Below, piece after piece: positions 9,677 through 18,712 of a stretch of 64,000 nt of DNA. This stretch comes from Nitrososphaerota archaeon. GTDB lineage: Archaea; Thermoproteota; Nitrososphaeria; Nitrososphaerales; Nitrosopumilaceae. The DNA lies in NCBI GenBank assembly GCA_028867755.1, contig JAGWFT010000001.1:1028727-1092726 (forward strand), in the 5' to 3' direction. Positions within the stretch are counted from its first letter, which is position 1. Each line of letters begins with the position of its first letter. Made by a program: the position numbers and the translations under genes. The notes under the pieces were generated by a model that was not told where the DNA came from, made no database searches, and was given only the letters and a program-made list of their open reading frames with translations.

Positions 9677-11179
9677 ATGAAAATCACTGTAACTGCAATC
9701 AAAGCTGATGTCGGCGGAATTGGCGGACATACAAGACCAAGCGATGGACTGTTAAATGCTGTTAGAAATATTGTCAGACCACAAATGATAAAAAATGGAA
9801 AAGGACTCTTAATTGATTCTTACATCGGATATTGTGGTGATGATATACATATTATCATGACACATACTAGAGGAGTTGATAGCAGAGAAATCCACCAACT
9901 TGCTTGGAGGGCTTTTGAGGCTGCAACTGCAGTAGCCAAAAACGAAGGACTCTATGGTGCAGGCCAAGATCTTCTAAAGGACTCTTTTTCAGGAAATGTG
10001 AAAGGAATGGGACCAGGAGTGGCTGAGATGACATTTGAAGAGCGTCCCAATGAAGCATTTACAATTTATGCTGCAGACAAAACTGAGCCAGGTGCTTTTA
10101 ACTATCCGTTTTACAGAATGTTTGTTGATACACTAAGCAATACTGGACTTATCATTAATCAAAACTTGGCAGGCGGAGTAAAGATAAACGTCATGGATGT
10201 AGAAAAAGGTAAGGTGGCTCAACTCCAATTGTGGCAAGACAAACCAACTCTTGAAGCCGCGCTAATGTATCCTGGGAGATATGTTATTTCAAGTGTATAT
10301 ACAAGAGATAATCAACCAATTCTTGCTGCTTCGACAGATAGATTGCATAACATTGCAGGAAAATATGTTGGCAAAGATGATCCAATTTGTATCATTAGAA
10401 CACAAAAGGATTTTCCGGCAACAGAAGAAGCTGGAGCAGCTTTTAACAATCCACATCTAGTTGCAGGGAATACTAGAGGAAGTCATCATGTTCCTTTAAT
10501 GCCTGTTAAATTGAATTCTCCTGCAAGTATCAACTACGCCATACCAATAGTGTCAGCGCTAGTGTTCAGCATGCATAATGGAAAACTTGTTGGACCAGTA
10601 GACGGATTTGCATCAGCCGATTGGGATTACATACGTCAAATTGCTGTAGAAAGAACTATTGCAATTAGAAGCCAAGGGTTTGTACATCCTGCAACTCTTG
10701 TACCTTCAGAACTTGAATATGCTGAAGGATACAGAGCAAGGATGAATGTGTTATGGAGCAAGATGAGACCTATTCCAAATTCAAAGGGCCCTCAATTTCA
10801 TCCACAAAAACAACAACAAAGGCCACCTCAGAACAGACCACCACATCAAGTACAACAGAATAGGCCACAGCAGAACAAACTGCAGCATCCAGGACAACAA
10901 AATAGACCACAACATCAACAGAATAATCAAAAACCCATGCCTCAAAGACCTCAACAGCAAAAACTACCACAAAAGCAGCAAAATCAAAGACCGCAACCGC
11001 TTCAACATCCTAACAATACTCAAAAACCTTTGATACAACACAAACCATCTGAGCCTCAAAAATCTGCTGAGAATACAACTGCAAAAGCAGCAAAAAAAAT
11101 AAGAAAGCCTCGCCAAACAAAATCTTCTGCTATTCCAAAGACAGAAACAAAGAAACCTGAGTCTTCAGAATCCAAGTAA
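9677..11179 (+). CDS. fbp: Class V fructose-1,6-bisphosphate aldolase/phosphatase with low-complexity C-terminal extension
   Basis: KADVGG, GDD, GQDLLKD, GNVKGMGPGVAE, ADKTEPGAFN, YVGKDDP. The catalytic core ends near residue 365. Confidence 0.95.
   Translation: MKITVTAIKADVGGIGGHTRPSDGLLNAVRNIVRPQMIKNGKGLLIDSYIGYCGDDIHIIMTHTRGVDSREIHQLAWRAFEAATAVAKNEGLYGAGQDLLKDSFSGNVKGMGPGVAEMTFEERPNEAFTIYAADKTEPGAFNYPFYRMFVDTLSNTGLIINQNLAGGVKINVMDVEKGKVAQLQLWQDKPTLEAALMYPGRYVISSVYTRDNQPILAASTDRLHNIAGKYVGKDDPICIIRTQKDFPATEEAGAAFNNPHLVAGNTRGSHHVPLMPVKLNSPASINYAIPIVSALVFSMHNGKLVGPVDGFASADWDYIRQIAVERTIAIRSQGFVHPATLVPSELEYAEGYRARMNVLWSKMRPIPNSKGPQFHPQKQQQRPPQNRPPHQVQQNRPQQNKLQHPGQQNRPQHQQNNQKPMPQRPQQQKLPQKQQNQRPQPLQHPNNTQKPLIQHKPSEPQKSAENTTAKAAKKIRKPRQTKSSAIPKTETKKPESSESK
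10790..11040 (+). repeat. Q/P/N-rich imperfect repeat region inside fbp
   Basis: Recurrent (Q/N)RP units: QQRPPQ, QNRPP, QQNRPQ (twice), PQRPQQ, NQRPQP. Confidence 0.85.
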
Positions 11180-11231
11180 ATCATCCAGTTCAAATTACAA
11201 TTTTTATTATCGAGTCTTTGTTCATTGTTTA

Positions 11232-11744
11232 TTGGCAAAAAAGCCTCAAATTCTCATCATAGGAAATAACGAAAATGGGTGCACTCCTGAACTTGAGAAA
11301 ATAGCATACGAAACAGGAATGGAAGTTGCAAAATCCGGTGCAATTCTAATTACTGGTGGTCTTGACGGGGTAATGAAAGCAGCATCACATGGTGCAAAGG
11401 ACGCAGGAGGGATCACAATTGGAATAATACCGCAAAATGATGCGTCTTTTGCAAACGAATATTGCGATATAGTCATTCCAAGTGGCATGGGACTTGCAAG
11501 GGATTTTCTTACAGCTCTTTCAGGGGACGGTGTGATAATTATTGGTGGAGGATCTGGAACTCTCTCGGAAACATGTGCAGCTTATATGCATAAAAGACCA
11601 ATAGTATCTATCAAAAATACAGGAGGTATTGCAGATAGATATGCTGATCAATACCTAGATCACAGACAACAAGTGAAAATTACCGGGGTAGCAGATCCAA
11701 AACAAGCTGTAAAAATTATTTTAGACAAAATTAATTCTGGGTAG
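11232..11744 (+). CDS. LOG/SLOG-family protein (TIGR00725-like)
   Basis: ITGGLDGVMKA, SGMGLAR, IIGGGSGTLSE. Confidence 0.85.
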   Translation: MAKKPQILIIGNNENGCTPELEKIAYETGMEVAKSGAILITGGLDGVMKAASHGAKDAGGITIGIIPQNDASFANEYCDIVIPSGMGLARDFLTALSGDGVIIIGGGSGTLSETCAAYMHKRPIVSIKNTGGIADRYADQYLDHRQQVKITGVADPKQAVKIILDKINSG

Positions 11745-12873
11745 ACAGAAGATATGGATCTGGCTCATAGAACTTGCCGTAGATATTAGCAAGTGACTGT
11801 AACTCTTTTACTATTTTTGCCATGCCAAGTTCTTTTGCAGTTTCAAATATTGGTTTTCGCAAACCCATTCCCAAGTTCAATGCTTTTTCTATTTCTGTGA
11901 CGTCGCTTGCCTGGTTTGTCACAAGCCACGCAGCATTATTTAGCATAGTTCCAAGCATCTGAGTAGGATCGAATTTTTTTGCTAATTCTTCTGTCAGGTT
12001 AACGCGCTCATACTTTTCTCCAGTGTATTCATAAAAACCACTACCAGTCTTTTGACCAAGTTTTTTCTGATCAAACAATTTCTGAATTAATGGGTGTGGA
12101 TTGATTACTTTTTTATCTCTAGAATACATCTCAATTGTTGCTTTATGGATTACGTCAAGACCTGTAAAATCTGCAAGTTCAAAGATTCCCATTGGAAAAT
12201 TTAAAGTAAATTTCATCGCCGAATCTATCTCGGTCATGGAAGCTTTTGTTCTGTCCATTGCCCATGCAGCTTCATGAACAAGAGGAATGAATATTCTATT
12301 TACAATAAAGCCCACTACATCTTTTTTACATAAAACAGGTTCTTTTGAGACAGATTTGACAAAGCTCATGGTCAATTCTACTATATCTCTTGGCGTTTTT
12401 TGGCCTGGGATAACCTCAACTAATTTCATCAGTTGTGGAGGATTGAAAAAATGAATTCCAATGAATTTATCCGGCCTGTTTGTAATGTTGGCGATTTCTG
12501 TAATTGGAAGTGTACTTGTATTTGATGCGTAAATTGTATTGTTATTTGCAACCGCATCTGCCTCTGCATATACCTTCTTCTTCAAATCCATTACTTCTGG
12601 AACCGCCTCAATCATCAAATCGCAATTCCTTAACGCTTCACCAAGATCGATTTTTGGAGTTATCCTGGAAAATATTTTTTGTGATTCTTCTTCTGAAATT
12701 TTTTGTTTTGACACAAGTTTATCCAAACTCCATTTGATCTTTTCCATAGCTTTGTCCAAGAATTGCTGTTCTATATCTCGCAATATCACGTTATATCCAT
12801 GCATTGCAGCAACCTGAGCTATACCATGACCCATTATGCCAGACCCTAAAACCGTGATATTTTTTATTGCCAT
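11731..12873 (-). CDS. hbd: 3-hydroxyacyl-CoA dehydrogenase (probable (S)-3-hydroxybutyryl-CoA dehydrogenase of the HP/HB cycle)
   Basis: VLGSGIMGHGIAQ, EAVPE, ASNTS, GIHFFNP, LVEV, GFIVNRI. Confidence 0.9.
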   Translation of the reverse strand: MAIKNITVLGSGIMGHGIAQVAAMHGYNVILRDIEQQFLDKAMEKIKWSLDKLVSKQKISEEESQKIFSRITPKIDLGEALRNCDLMIEAVPEVMDLKKKVYAEADAVANNNTIYASNTSTLPITEIANITNRPDKFIGIHFFNPPQLMKLVEVIPGQKTPRDIVELTMSFVKSVSKEPVLCKKDVVGFIVNRIFIPLVHEAAWAMDRTKASMTEIDSAMKFTLNFPMGIFELADFTGLDVIHKATIEMYSRDKKVINPHPLIQKLFDQKKLGQKTGSGFYEYTGEKYERVNLTEELAKKFDPTQMLGTMLNNAAWLVTNQASDVTEIEKALNLGMGLRKPIFETAKELGMAKIVKELQSLANIYGKFYEPDPYLLSTQN

Positions 12874-12916
12874 GTTAAAATTTTGTTATCTCCCTTTGTA
12901 AGTTATTCGATTTGTA

Positions 12917-13171
12917 TCAAAGACTGTCTATGATTGGTTTTAGATGAGAAGGTAGTTCTGGTAATTCGCCTATGTGGCTTATGTTATTTTGAAGAACATC
13001 TGGGCCTATCCGTCTTACCTGCTGAGTAGCAATAAGTGTCGCAATACTTCTGTCTATGTCTTTTTGTTGTAGTACTATTTTGAGTTTCTCCATTAGGATG
13101 TTTTCGTTCTCATATTTGCTTATTGCATGTTGTAATAGTATCAATTTGTCTGTACTAGAAAGATCTTCCAT
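12917..13171 (-). CDS. Conserved hypothetical protein
   Basis: 84-aa ORF with ATG start, fills the gap. Confidence 0.7.
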   Translation of the reverse strand: MEDLSSTDKLILLQHAISKYENENILMEKLKIVLQQKDIDRSIATLIATQQVRRIGPDVLQNNISHIGELPELPSHLKPIIDSL

Positions 13172-13284
13172 AAAGAAAATCCTTTACTACTTTATAAAAA
13201 ATGTTTTTAAAAACTAGGGTAATTACTGGCATTTCTAGTCACCCATATTCTTAAAACCTAGCAACAATTGAAGACTACTAGATT

Positions 13285-13944
13285 TTGGATATTGAAAAAT
13301 TTACGGATGACGTATACACTGTAGCAGAAAAACTAACGCACGACAAACCTCCAGAAATGAAGGCAAGAATAAATTTTGTACGTGAACGTCTCATTGAGTT
13401 ATATCAGAAAAATCTTGTTAAAATTAACCATTCCGTGCTTGAGATAATTTGTGCATCAAATCTTATTGCACAAGGTTATTCTGTTGATATAGAAAAACAT
13501 CTTTCTGAAATTCTTGTCTGCGATGTATTTGCCACCAAGGGCGATGGAACATTCATTATGGAAATCGAGACTGGGTTTACGCCTCCTGATCATGCGCTTG
13601 ACACAATTGATTACTATGTTGCAAGAATAGCAAGCAAAATTGCAAGATATAGTCAATTTTGTTCAAAGTTTGCTCTTGCTACACCGGTAGTAGGCATACT
13701 GCCAATCCCAAAACTATTCCTCAAGCCTCCAAGCAAAAGAACTGAAGAAGAAATTCAAAAGATAAAAGATCTCTGTGATAGGTTTTACAAAAATCCTCCA
13801 ATAGAAATAAACGATATACTGAATGCTAGACTGCATTCAGTATATCTAATTAATATTGACAAATGCTTTGCAAAACAGATTGATCCGTATACTTACCTTG
13901 AACTTAGCGAAAAATTACAGGAAGCAAGCGAGATAGATCTCTGA
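13285..13944 (+). CDS. Hypothetical protein with PD-(D/E)xK-like motif
   Basis: 219 aa; LVCDVFATKGDGTFIMEIETG. Confidence 0.7.
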   Translation: MDIEKFTDDVYTVAEKLTHDKPPEMKARINFVRERLIELYQKNLVKINHSVLEIICASNLIAQGYSVDIEKHLSEILVCDVFATKGDGTFIMEIETGFTPPDHALDTIDYYVARIASKIARYSQFCSKFALATPVVGILPIPKLFLKPPSKRTEEEIQKIKDLCDRFYKNPPIEINDILNARLHSVYLINIDKCFAKQIDPYTYLELSEKLQEASEIDL

Positions 13945-14385
13945 TTAGTTTTCTAACTCTACTTTTGTAGCCCTTTTCCTATACTCAAAAATTTCAGTAA
14001 GTTGGTTCATCACATAATTTTCAAAAAACTTTCCCACAAAACCGTAATGCAATTGAAAATCAATTTGGTCTATTATCTCTGTACGATTATCATTTATTTT
14101 ATTGAATTTGTGGATGTGTTTCCATGTTTTGAATCTGCCACTAATCATCTCATCTATGTATTCGTATGGTCTCAAGTATGTTATTTTTGAATGCCACTTT
14201 GAATTTGTAACCAACTTTGCCTGCAACCATGCTTCTGCTCCTTCTTCAAGAATATCGTTTTGTGTATTTATCGTTATTTTCATTTTTTTAGGAGTAATTA
14301 TCTTCAAGTGATTGATGTTTGTATAAAATTTCCAAACTTTGTCAATATTAGAATCTACAACAAATGTGTGTATGAATTGTTTCAT
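13945..14385 (-). CDS. SRPBCC/polyketide cyclase-dehydrase family protein
   Basis: VWKFY...HLKIITP, GRFKTWKHIHKF, IIDQIDF, IFEYRK. Confidence 0.85.
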   Translation of the reverse strand: MKQFIHTFVVDSNIDKVWKFYTNINHLKIITPKKMKITINTQNDILEEGAEAWLQAKLVTNSKWHSKITYLRPYEYIDEMISGRFKTWKHIHKFNKINDNRTEIIDQIDFQLHYGFVGKFFENYVMNQLTEIFEYRKRATKVELEN

Positions 14386-14396
14386 AGTCTATAGTT

Positions 14397-14537
14397 CTAA
14401 TTTGTACGTACATTCATGTTGGAATCTCTACGTTTGTTTGTACATGTTTTCATTTCTTCTCTAGTATGATCTTTTATTGATTTGCCGCACATGGCACATG
14501 TGGGGGTTGGCTCGATAGGTTTACGCTCAAAGTTCAA
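14397..14537 (-). CDS. 46-aa Zn-binding microprotein (CxxC-x5-H-x7-C)
   Basis: Manual translation (TTG start) MNFERKPIEPTPTCAMCGKSIKDHTREEMKTCTNKRRDSNMNVRTN; ends 11 nt before the SRPBCC ATG. Confidence 0.6.
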   Translation of the reverse strand: MNFERKPIEPTPTCAMCGKSIKDHTREEMKTCTNKRRDSNMNVRTN

Positions 14538-14577
14538 TAAAATATGGAACCTTTATGAAAATATATTCCTGGCGTCT

Positions 14578-14925
14578 TCAGATATGTGATTTTAAAGAGT
14601 GTTCAAGTTGAATTATTGAGCGTAAAATAAGACCAGATATTCCCAGATGAGAAGTTAGAAAGGAAGCTGCCTCTTCAAGAGCATTCTCACCCCTATATCC
14701 CTCATCGTATGTCATCTCAATTGAGCCTTTGTCAGTTTCAATAAATGCGGTTAGCAAAGAATAAGATCCAAGCTTTGCGTCTCTTCTTTGTACATAGAGA
14801 TTAAGATTTACACGTTTTACCATGTACCCCTGTTCCATAAAACTTCCTGATGAAACTAGGACTATTGTTTTGTCAGGATCTCTGTTTATTCTTGTTGGGT
14901 CTATTACATCAATTATTTTCAACAA
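14578..14925 (-). CDS. Conserved hypothetical protein
   Basis: 115-aa ORF, TTG start. Confidence 0.7.
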   Translation of the reverse strand: MLKIIDVIDPTRINRDPDKTIVLVSSGSFMEQGYMVKRVNLNLYVQRRDAKLGSYSLLTAFIETDKGSIEMTYDEGYRGENALEEAASFLTSHLGISGLILRSIIQLEHSLKSHI

Positions 14926-15066
14926 ATAAAATATGCATATCTTTCTAAATAATCTTGTTACGTGAAAAGCCTTAAAATGAATTTTAGGTATTAAAATTCT
15001 TATTTATTATCCTTTTATGTGGTGAGCTCGTACTAGTAAAGAAAAGTAAGCAAAAATTATAAAATG

Positions 15067-15318
15067 CTATTCGTTGTCTACTGTTCCGCCTTGCCCGTAA
15101 ATTACTGGCATGGTTGTAGTACCTGTCACATGTGCAACATTTCTTACTTTTGATATTGTTGTATCCACTTTTCCAGGATCTTTTGCTTCGATCTTTACAA
15201 AGACATCATATTTTCCCATTACCCCATTGACTTCGGTTACATCTGAAAGGCCTTTGACACTGGCAATCACTTCTTTCTCATTTCCAGGCACACATGTTAC
15301 TAGAATATATGCAATCAT
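15067..15318 (-). CDS. Stand-alone Lrp/AsnC ligand-binding (RAM) domain protein
   Basis: AYILVTCVPG, VMGKYDVFVKI, IRN/VxxTxT pattern; no HTH. Confidence 0.88.
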   Translation of the reverse strand: MIAYILVTCVPGNEKEVIASVKGLSDVTEVNGVMGKYDVFVKIEAKDPGKVDTTISKVRNVAHVTGTTTMPVIYGQGGTVDNE

Positions 15319-15348
15319 ACTGTTCCGAATTATCTGTCATTAAATAAC

Positions 15349-16149
15349 CTATCTGAATTTATATCGTAATCTATGCTGTGAGAAAATTATTATGGCCATT
15401 GTAGTCCCCAGAGTTAAGATCAACATTGAGATTCCAAATTCAGGAATAACAACAGTTCCTGTCAAAGTAAGTTCTTTTATTCCGTATGACATGGGACAAT
15501 CAAGAATTCTTTCCATATCTGTCTCAGTTTGAACACAGTCTACCACGTTACCATTTTCCTTTATGTCTAGCTGCCCACCTGGAGCATCTATTACTTGCTT
15601 GGGAATCTGATATTCTTCGGTAATGGAACCATTTTGTATCTTGCTAGTATCCACCTGAATAGCAATGGAGTTATCTGCTGTTGCAACTTCAACATTTCCA
15701 TATTTTACAAGATTGGTATCTTTTCCTCGAACTTTTATGTCACTACCAAATATTGGAATTATTTGTGTCTGTCCAACAGTTACCTGAAACTGGATTTGGG
15801 TGGTTTGGCTTCCTTGTCTTATGTTTACGGTATAAAGTCCTCCCTGAACGTCGTCACTCAATACAAAATCATGAGAAAATATGTTGTTAAGCAATGTTAC
15901 TTGGCCCACTTCGTATACATTTCCAATTGGATTTCTTACTATTATTGTGACAGGATTTACATTTGTTAATTGTTGTACTGTTCCTGTGATTATGACTTTA
16001 TCTCCAGGTTCATAAGATTGCTTGTTAGCAGTTGCAGATATTCCCTGAGGGCTCTGAGCTAATGCCGAATTCATTGATACTGTAACTAATAGCAAAACAA
16101 GAAAAATCACTGCCTGTAACCAACGCATTGGCAATTTTGATAATTTCAT
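15349..16149 (-). CDS. PEFG-CTERM secreted/surface protein
   Basis: Signal peptide, Ig-like domain (ANKQSYEPGDKVIITG), C-terminal IPEFG + TM + basic tail. Confidence 0.85.
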   Translation of the reverse strand: MKLSKLPMRWLQAVIFLVLLLVTVSMNSALAQSPQGISATANKQSYEPGDKVIITGTVQQLTNVNPVTIIVRNPIGNVYEVGQVTLLNNIFSHDFVLSDDVQGGLYTVNIRQGSQTTQIQFQVTVGQTQIIPIFGSDIKVRGKDTNLVKYGNVEVATADNSIAIQVDTSKIQNGSITEEYQIPKQVIDAPGGQLDIKENGNVVDCVQTETDMERILDCPMSYGIKELTLTGTVVIPEFGISMLILTLGTTMAIIIFSQHRLRYKFR

Positions 16150-16183
16150 GGTATTTAACTGTAGATTTGGAGTGTATGGTTTT

Positions 16184-16492
16184 CTATGTAAATTTCTTAA
16201 TTGATTTTAGTTTGTCCTCAAGAGAACGATCCTTGTCTCTTCTCTCATCAATCTTGAGAATTGTCTCTACGCGAGTTACTCCCATTGCAAATATTGAATT
16301 TGCAACGGCTTTTGAGGCTTCAAAGATCTTGTTTATGTCGTCAGATTCAATCATGGTGCCCATGGGAGTTACTTGGTATCTTATGCCATCAATTTTCTCT
16401 AAACTTTTCACACCGTTTGCAATGTATTTGCCTAAGCTTGGTGATGAAGTGCCTATTGGAAGGACTCCAAGTTCTGCATGAATTTTTGTCAT
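16184..16492 (-). CDS. MTH1187/YkoF-like thiamine-binding family protein
   Basis: PIGTSSPSLGKYI, VTPMGTMIE, KIDERRDK. Confidence 0.88.
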   Translation of the reverse strand: MTKIHAELGVLPIGTSSPSLGKYIANGVKSLEKIDGIRYQVTPMGTMIESDDINKIFEASKAVANSIFAMGVTRVETILKIDERRDKDRSLEDKLKSIKKFT

Positions 16493-16539
16493 GATATAAT
16501 TATATTTTTGTTCTTTAAAATAATTGCTTGATTTTTTCT

Positions 16540-18045
16540 CTATATGAAAGCATCAAGCCCGGTTTTTTGAGTCAGGTCTTGTTTTTCAAGAATCCTGGAC
16601 ATTTTTTCACCCATCTTCTTTGCTGCAGTCACTTTTCGCTTTCCTATCCAGTAATAGGCTTCATCTGTGGTATCTTTTGCAATTAAGACTATTAGTTTTC
16701 CATAATCTTTTCTGCCTGTTCTGCCCTTTCTCTGGACGTATCGTATTGAGCTTGGGACATTATCAAAAAATATGACTGTATTCACTTCAGAAATATCTAG
16801 TCCTTCTTCTCCTACTCTTGTGGCAATCAACACCTTGTACTGACCATCTCTGAACTTTTGAACTGTCTCGATTTGTTTTTTCTGTTTGAGTCCAGTTTCT
16901 CCTGCCTTTCCTATGAGAAATCCTGCAGGTATATTCATCTCAATTAGTTTTTGGTGTATTACTTCAACTGAATCTCTGTAGCTTGTAAATACCAGAGCTT
17001 TTCCAGGGAGATCATTCAGTATTTCTTTTAATTTTATGATTTTTGAATGCTCAATGCCTTTTTGTTGAGCATCTTTTGACAGGCGTATAGCTTTACCAAA
17101 GTTTAGATCATTTTCAAATAAATCTCGTATTCCTACCCCTTTTTTCTGCATTGTTCTCTCGCAGAATCTAAGGAATGATGTTATCCCATGTGATTCTAAT
17201 ACGTTTAATGCATGAATCAACCTTATCGCAGTAAAGAGTGGTTTTGCAGCTCTTCGGTTTTGCCTTAAAACAAAATCTCTCACGCGAAGAAGCTCGGATA
17301 ATGACCTCGTATTGGATAAATTCAATCCTAGTTTTTTTAATTCATCATATCGCGAATCTATTGCCATCTTTATGCAAGCCTGAATCTGCTTCATTTCATA
17401 TGGAAGTTCCACGCTTATCCATTGAGTGTCGGTTTGTTGTACGTAGGGACTCACGTCAGGACTTTCTTCAGTTCTTTGTGCGATACTAGATATTTTTAAT
17501 ATTTGTAGTATTTCTGAAGCTTTTTCTCGCTCACTTGGTAATGTAGCAGTCATGCCCATGATTCTTACATTTGTGTTGTTGAATCGCTCTGCTATGCCAG
17601 CATATGCATAATCTCCCACAGTTCTATGGGCTTCATCAAATATTACCAAGACAAATTGTGATGGAGACACAAATTGTCTGTCAAGATCATTTTTGACAAT
17701 TTCAGGCGTTGCACAGATAATGCTATTTATCCAGAGTTTTTTTCGTTTGGTTATTGGGTCTTCTCCAGTTATGAGAGCTATGTCATCTACAAGCACATTT
17801 GATCTCAAAAATTCATAATGTTGATGTGCTAATACTCTTGTTGGCGCTAAAAATAATATTCCACCTGTTTTTCTAGAAAGAAACTCTACTATCACTTGAA
17901 GAGCAACAGTTGTTTTACCAAGCCCAGTTGGAAGCACCACTAGACAATTATCTGAAATAGCTTGCCTTGCCAAATTGACTTGATATTCTCTGTATTCAAT
18001 AGAGGACTTTTTGACAAGTGGGTGCTCGATGTATTGTTGATTCAA
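16540..18045 (-). CDS. hef: Hef/FANCM-like SF2 helicase (helicase domain only)
   Basis: REYQ, LPTGLGKT, DEAH, GMTAT, GEEGLDI, QRKGRTGR; no ERCC4 nuclease domain; ends in KTGLDAFI. Confidence 0.9.
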   Translation of the reverse strand: MNQQYIEHPLVKKSSIEYREYQVNLARQAISDNCLVVLPTGLGKTTVALQVIVEFLSRKTGGILFLAPTRVLAHQHYEFLRSNVLVDDIALITGEDPITKRKKLWINSIICATPEIVKNDLDRQFVSPSQFVLVIFDEAHRTVGDYAYAGIAERFNNTNVRIMGMTATLPSEREKASEILQILKISSIAQRTEESPDVSPYVQQTDTQWISVELPYEMKQIQACIKMAIDSRYDELKKLGLNLSNTRSLSELLRVRDFVLRQNRRAAKPLFTAIRLIHALNVLESHGITSFLRFCERTMQKKGVGIRDLFENDLNFGKAIRLSKDAQQKGIEHSKIIKLKEILNDLPGKALVFTSYRDSVEVIHQKLIEMNIPAGFLIGKAGETGLKQKKQIETVQKFRDGQYKVLIATRVGEEGLDISEVNTVIFFDNVPSSIRYVQRKGRTGRKDYGKLIVLIAKDTTDEAYYWIGKRKVTAAKKMGEKMSRILEKQDLTQKTGLDAFI

Positions 18046-18148
18046 ACACCTTCAACTTGCCTTCGATGGGTAAAAATGTTCTTTCAAGCTGGTTGTTATC
18101 CATAGCTCACATCTTTACATTCTTGCTGATCTTTGTAGATCTTATATT

Positions 18149-18706
18149 ATGGCGAGTTACAGTCATCTTGTGAAAAAGGAATTCGAACGCCCAACTTGGG
18201 ATGAATATTTTATGCTTCAAGCAGAACTTGCAAAATTACGCTCTAATTGTATTACAAGACAGGTTGGAGCCGTTATAGTTAGAGAGCACAGGCAGATTGC
18301 CACTGGATATAATGGTACACCTCCGGGAGTCAAAAATTGCTATGAAGGAGGGTGTAAACGATGCCAACTACGTGCTGAAGGAAAGATTGCTTCTGGCGAA
18401 GCGCTTGATAGGTGCATATGCAATCACGCAGAAGCAAATGCAATAATGCACTGTGCAATTTTGGGAGTAGGTGCCGGCACAAAAGATACTACATTGTATA
18501 CCACATTTGTAACATGTTTAGAATGCAGCAAGATGGCAATAACTATAGGAATTAGGAGAATCGTGTGTCTTGGTTCATACCCTGAGACAGACTATCAGCT
18601 TTTGAATGACGCAAATGTAGAGGTCGTGGTTCTAGACAAGAACAAAATAAAGTATTGGATCAAAGTATTGCTCGAGGAACCAACTACTAGTTTGATACCA
18701 AAGTGA
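18149..18706 (+). CDS. dCMP deaminase (ComEB family)
   Basis: RPTWDEYFM, RQVGAVIV, TGYNG, HAEANAI, TCLEC. Confidence 0.9.
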   Translation: MASYSHLVKKEFERPTWDEYFMLQAELAKLRSNCITRQVGAVIVREHRQIATGYNGTPPGVKNCYEGGCKRCQLRAEGKIASGEALDRCICNHAEANAIMHCAILGVGAGTKDTTLYTTFVTCLECSKMAITIGIRRIVCLGSYPETDYQLLNDANVEVVVLDKNKIKYWIKVLLEEPTTSLIPK

Positions 18707-18712
18707 GATAGC

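Noticed and set aside
14972-14999. Inverted repeat GAATTTTA-N5-TAAAATTC
   Set aside because: Almost all A/T in an AT-rich intergenic region, so easily chance; no second copy seen.
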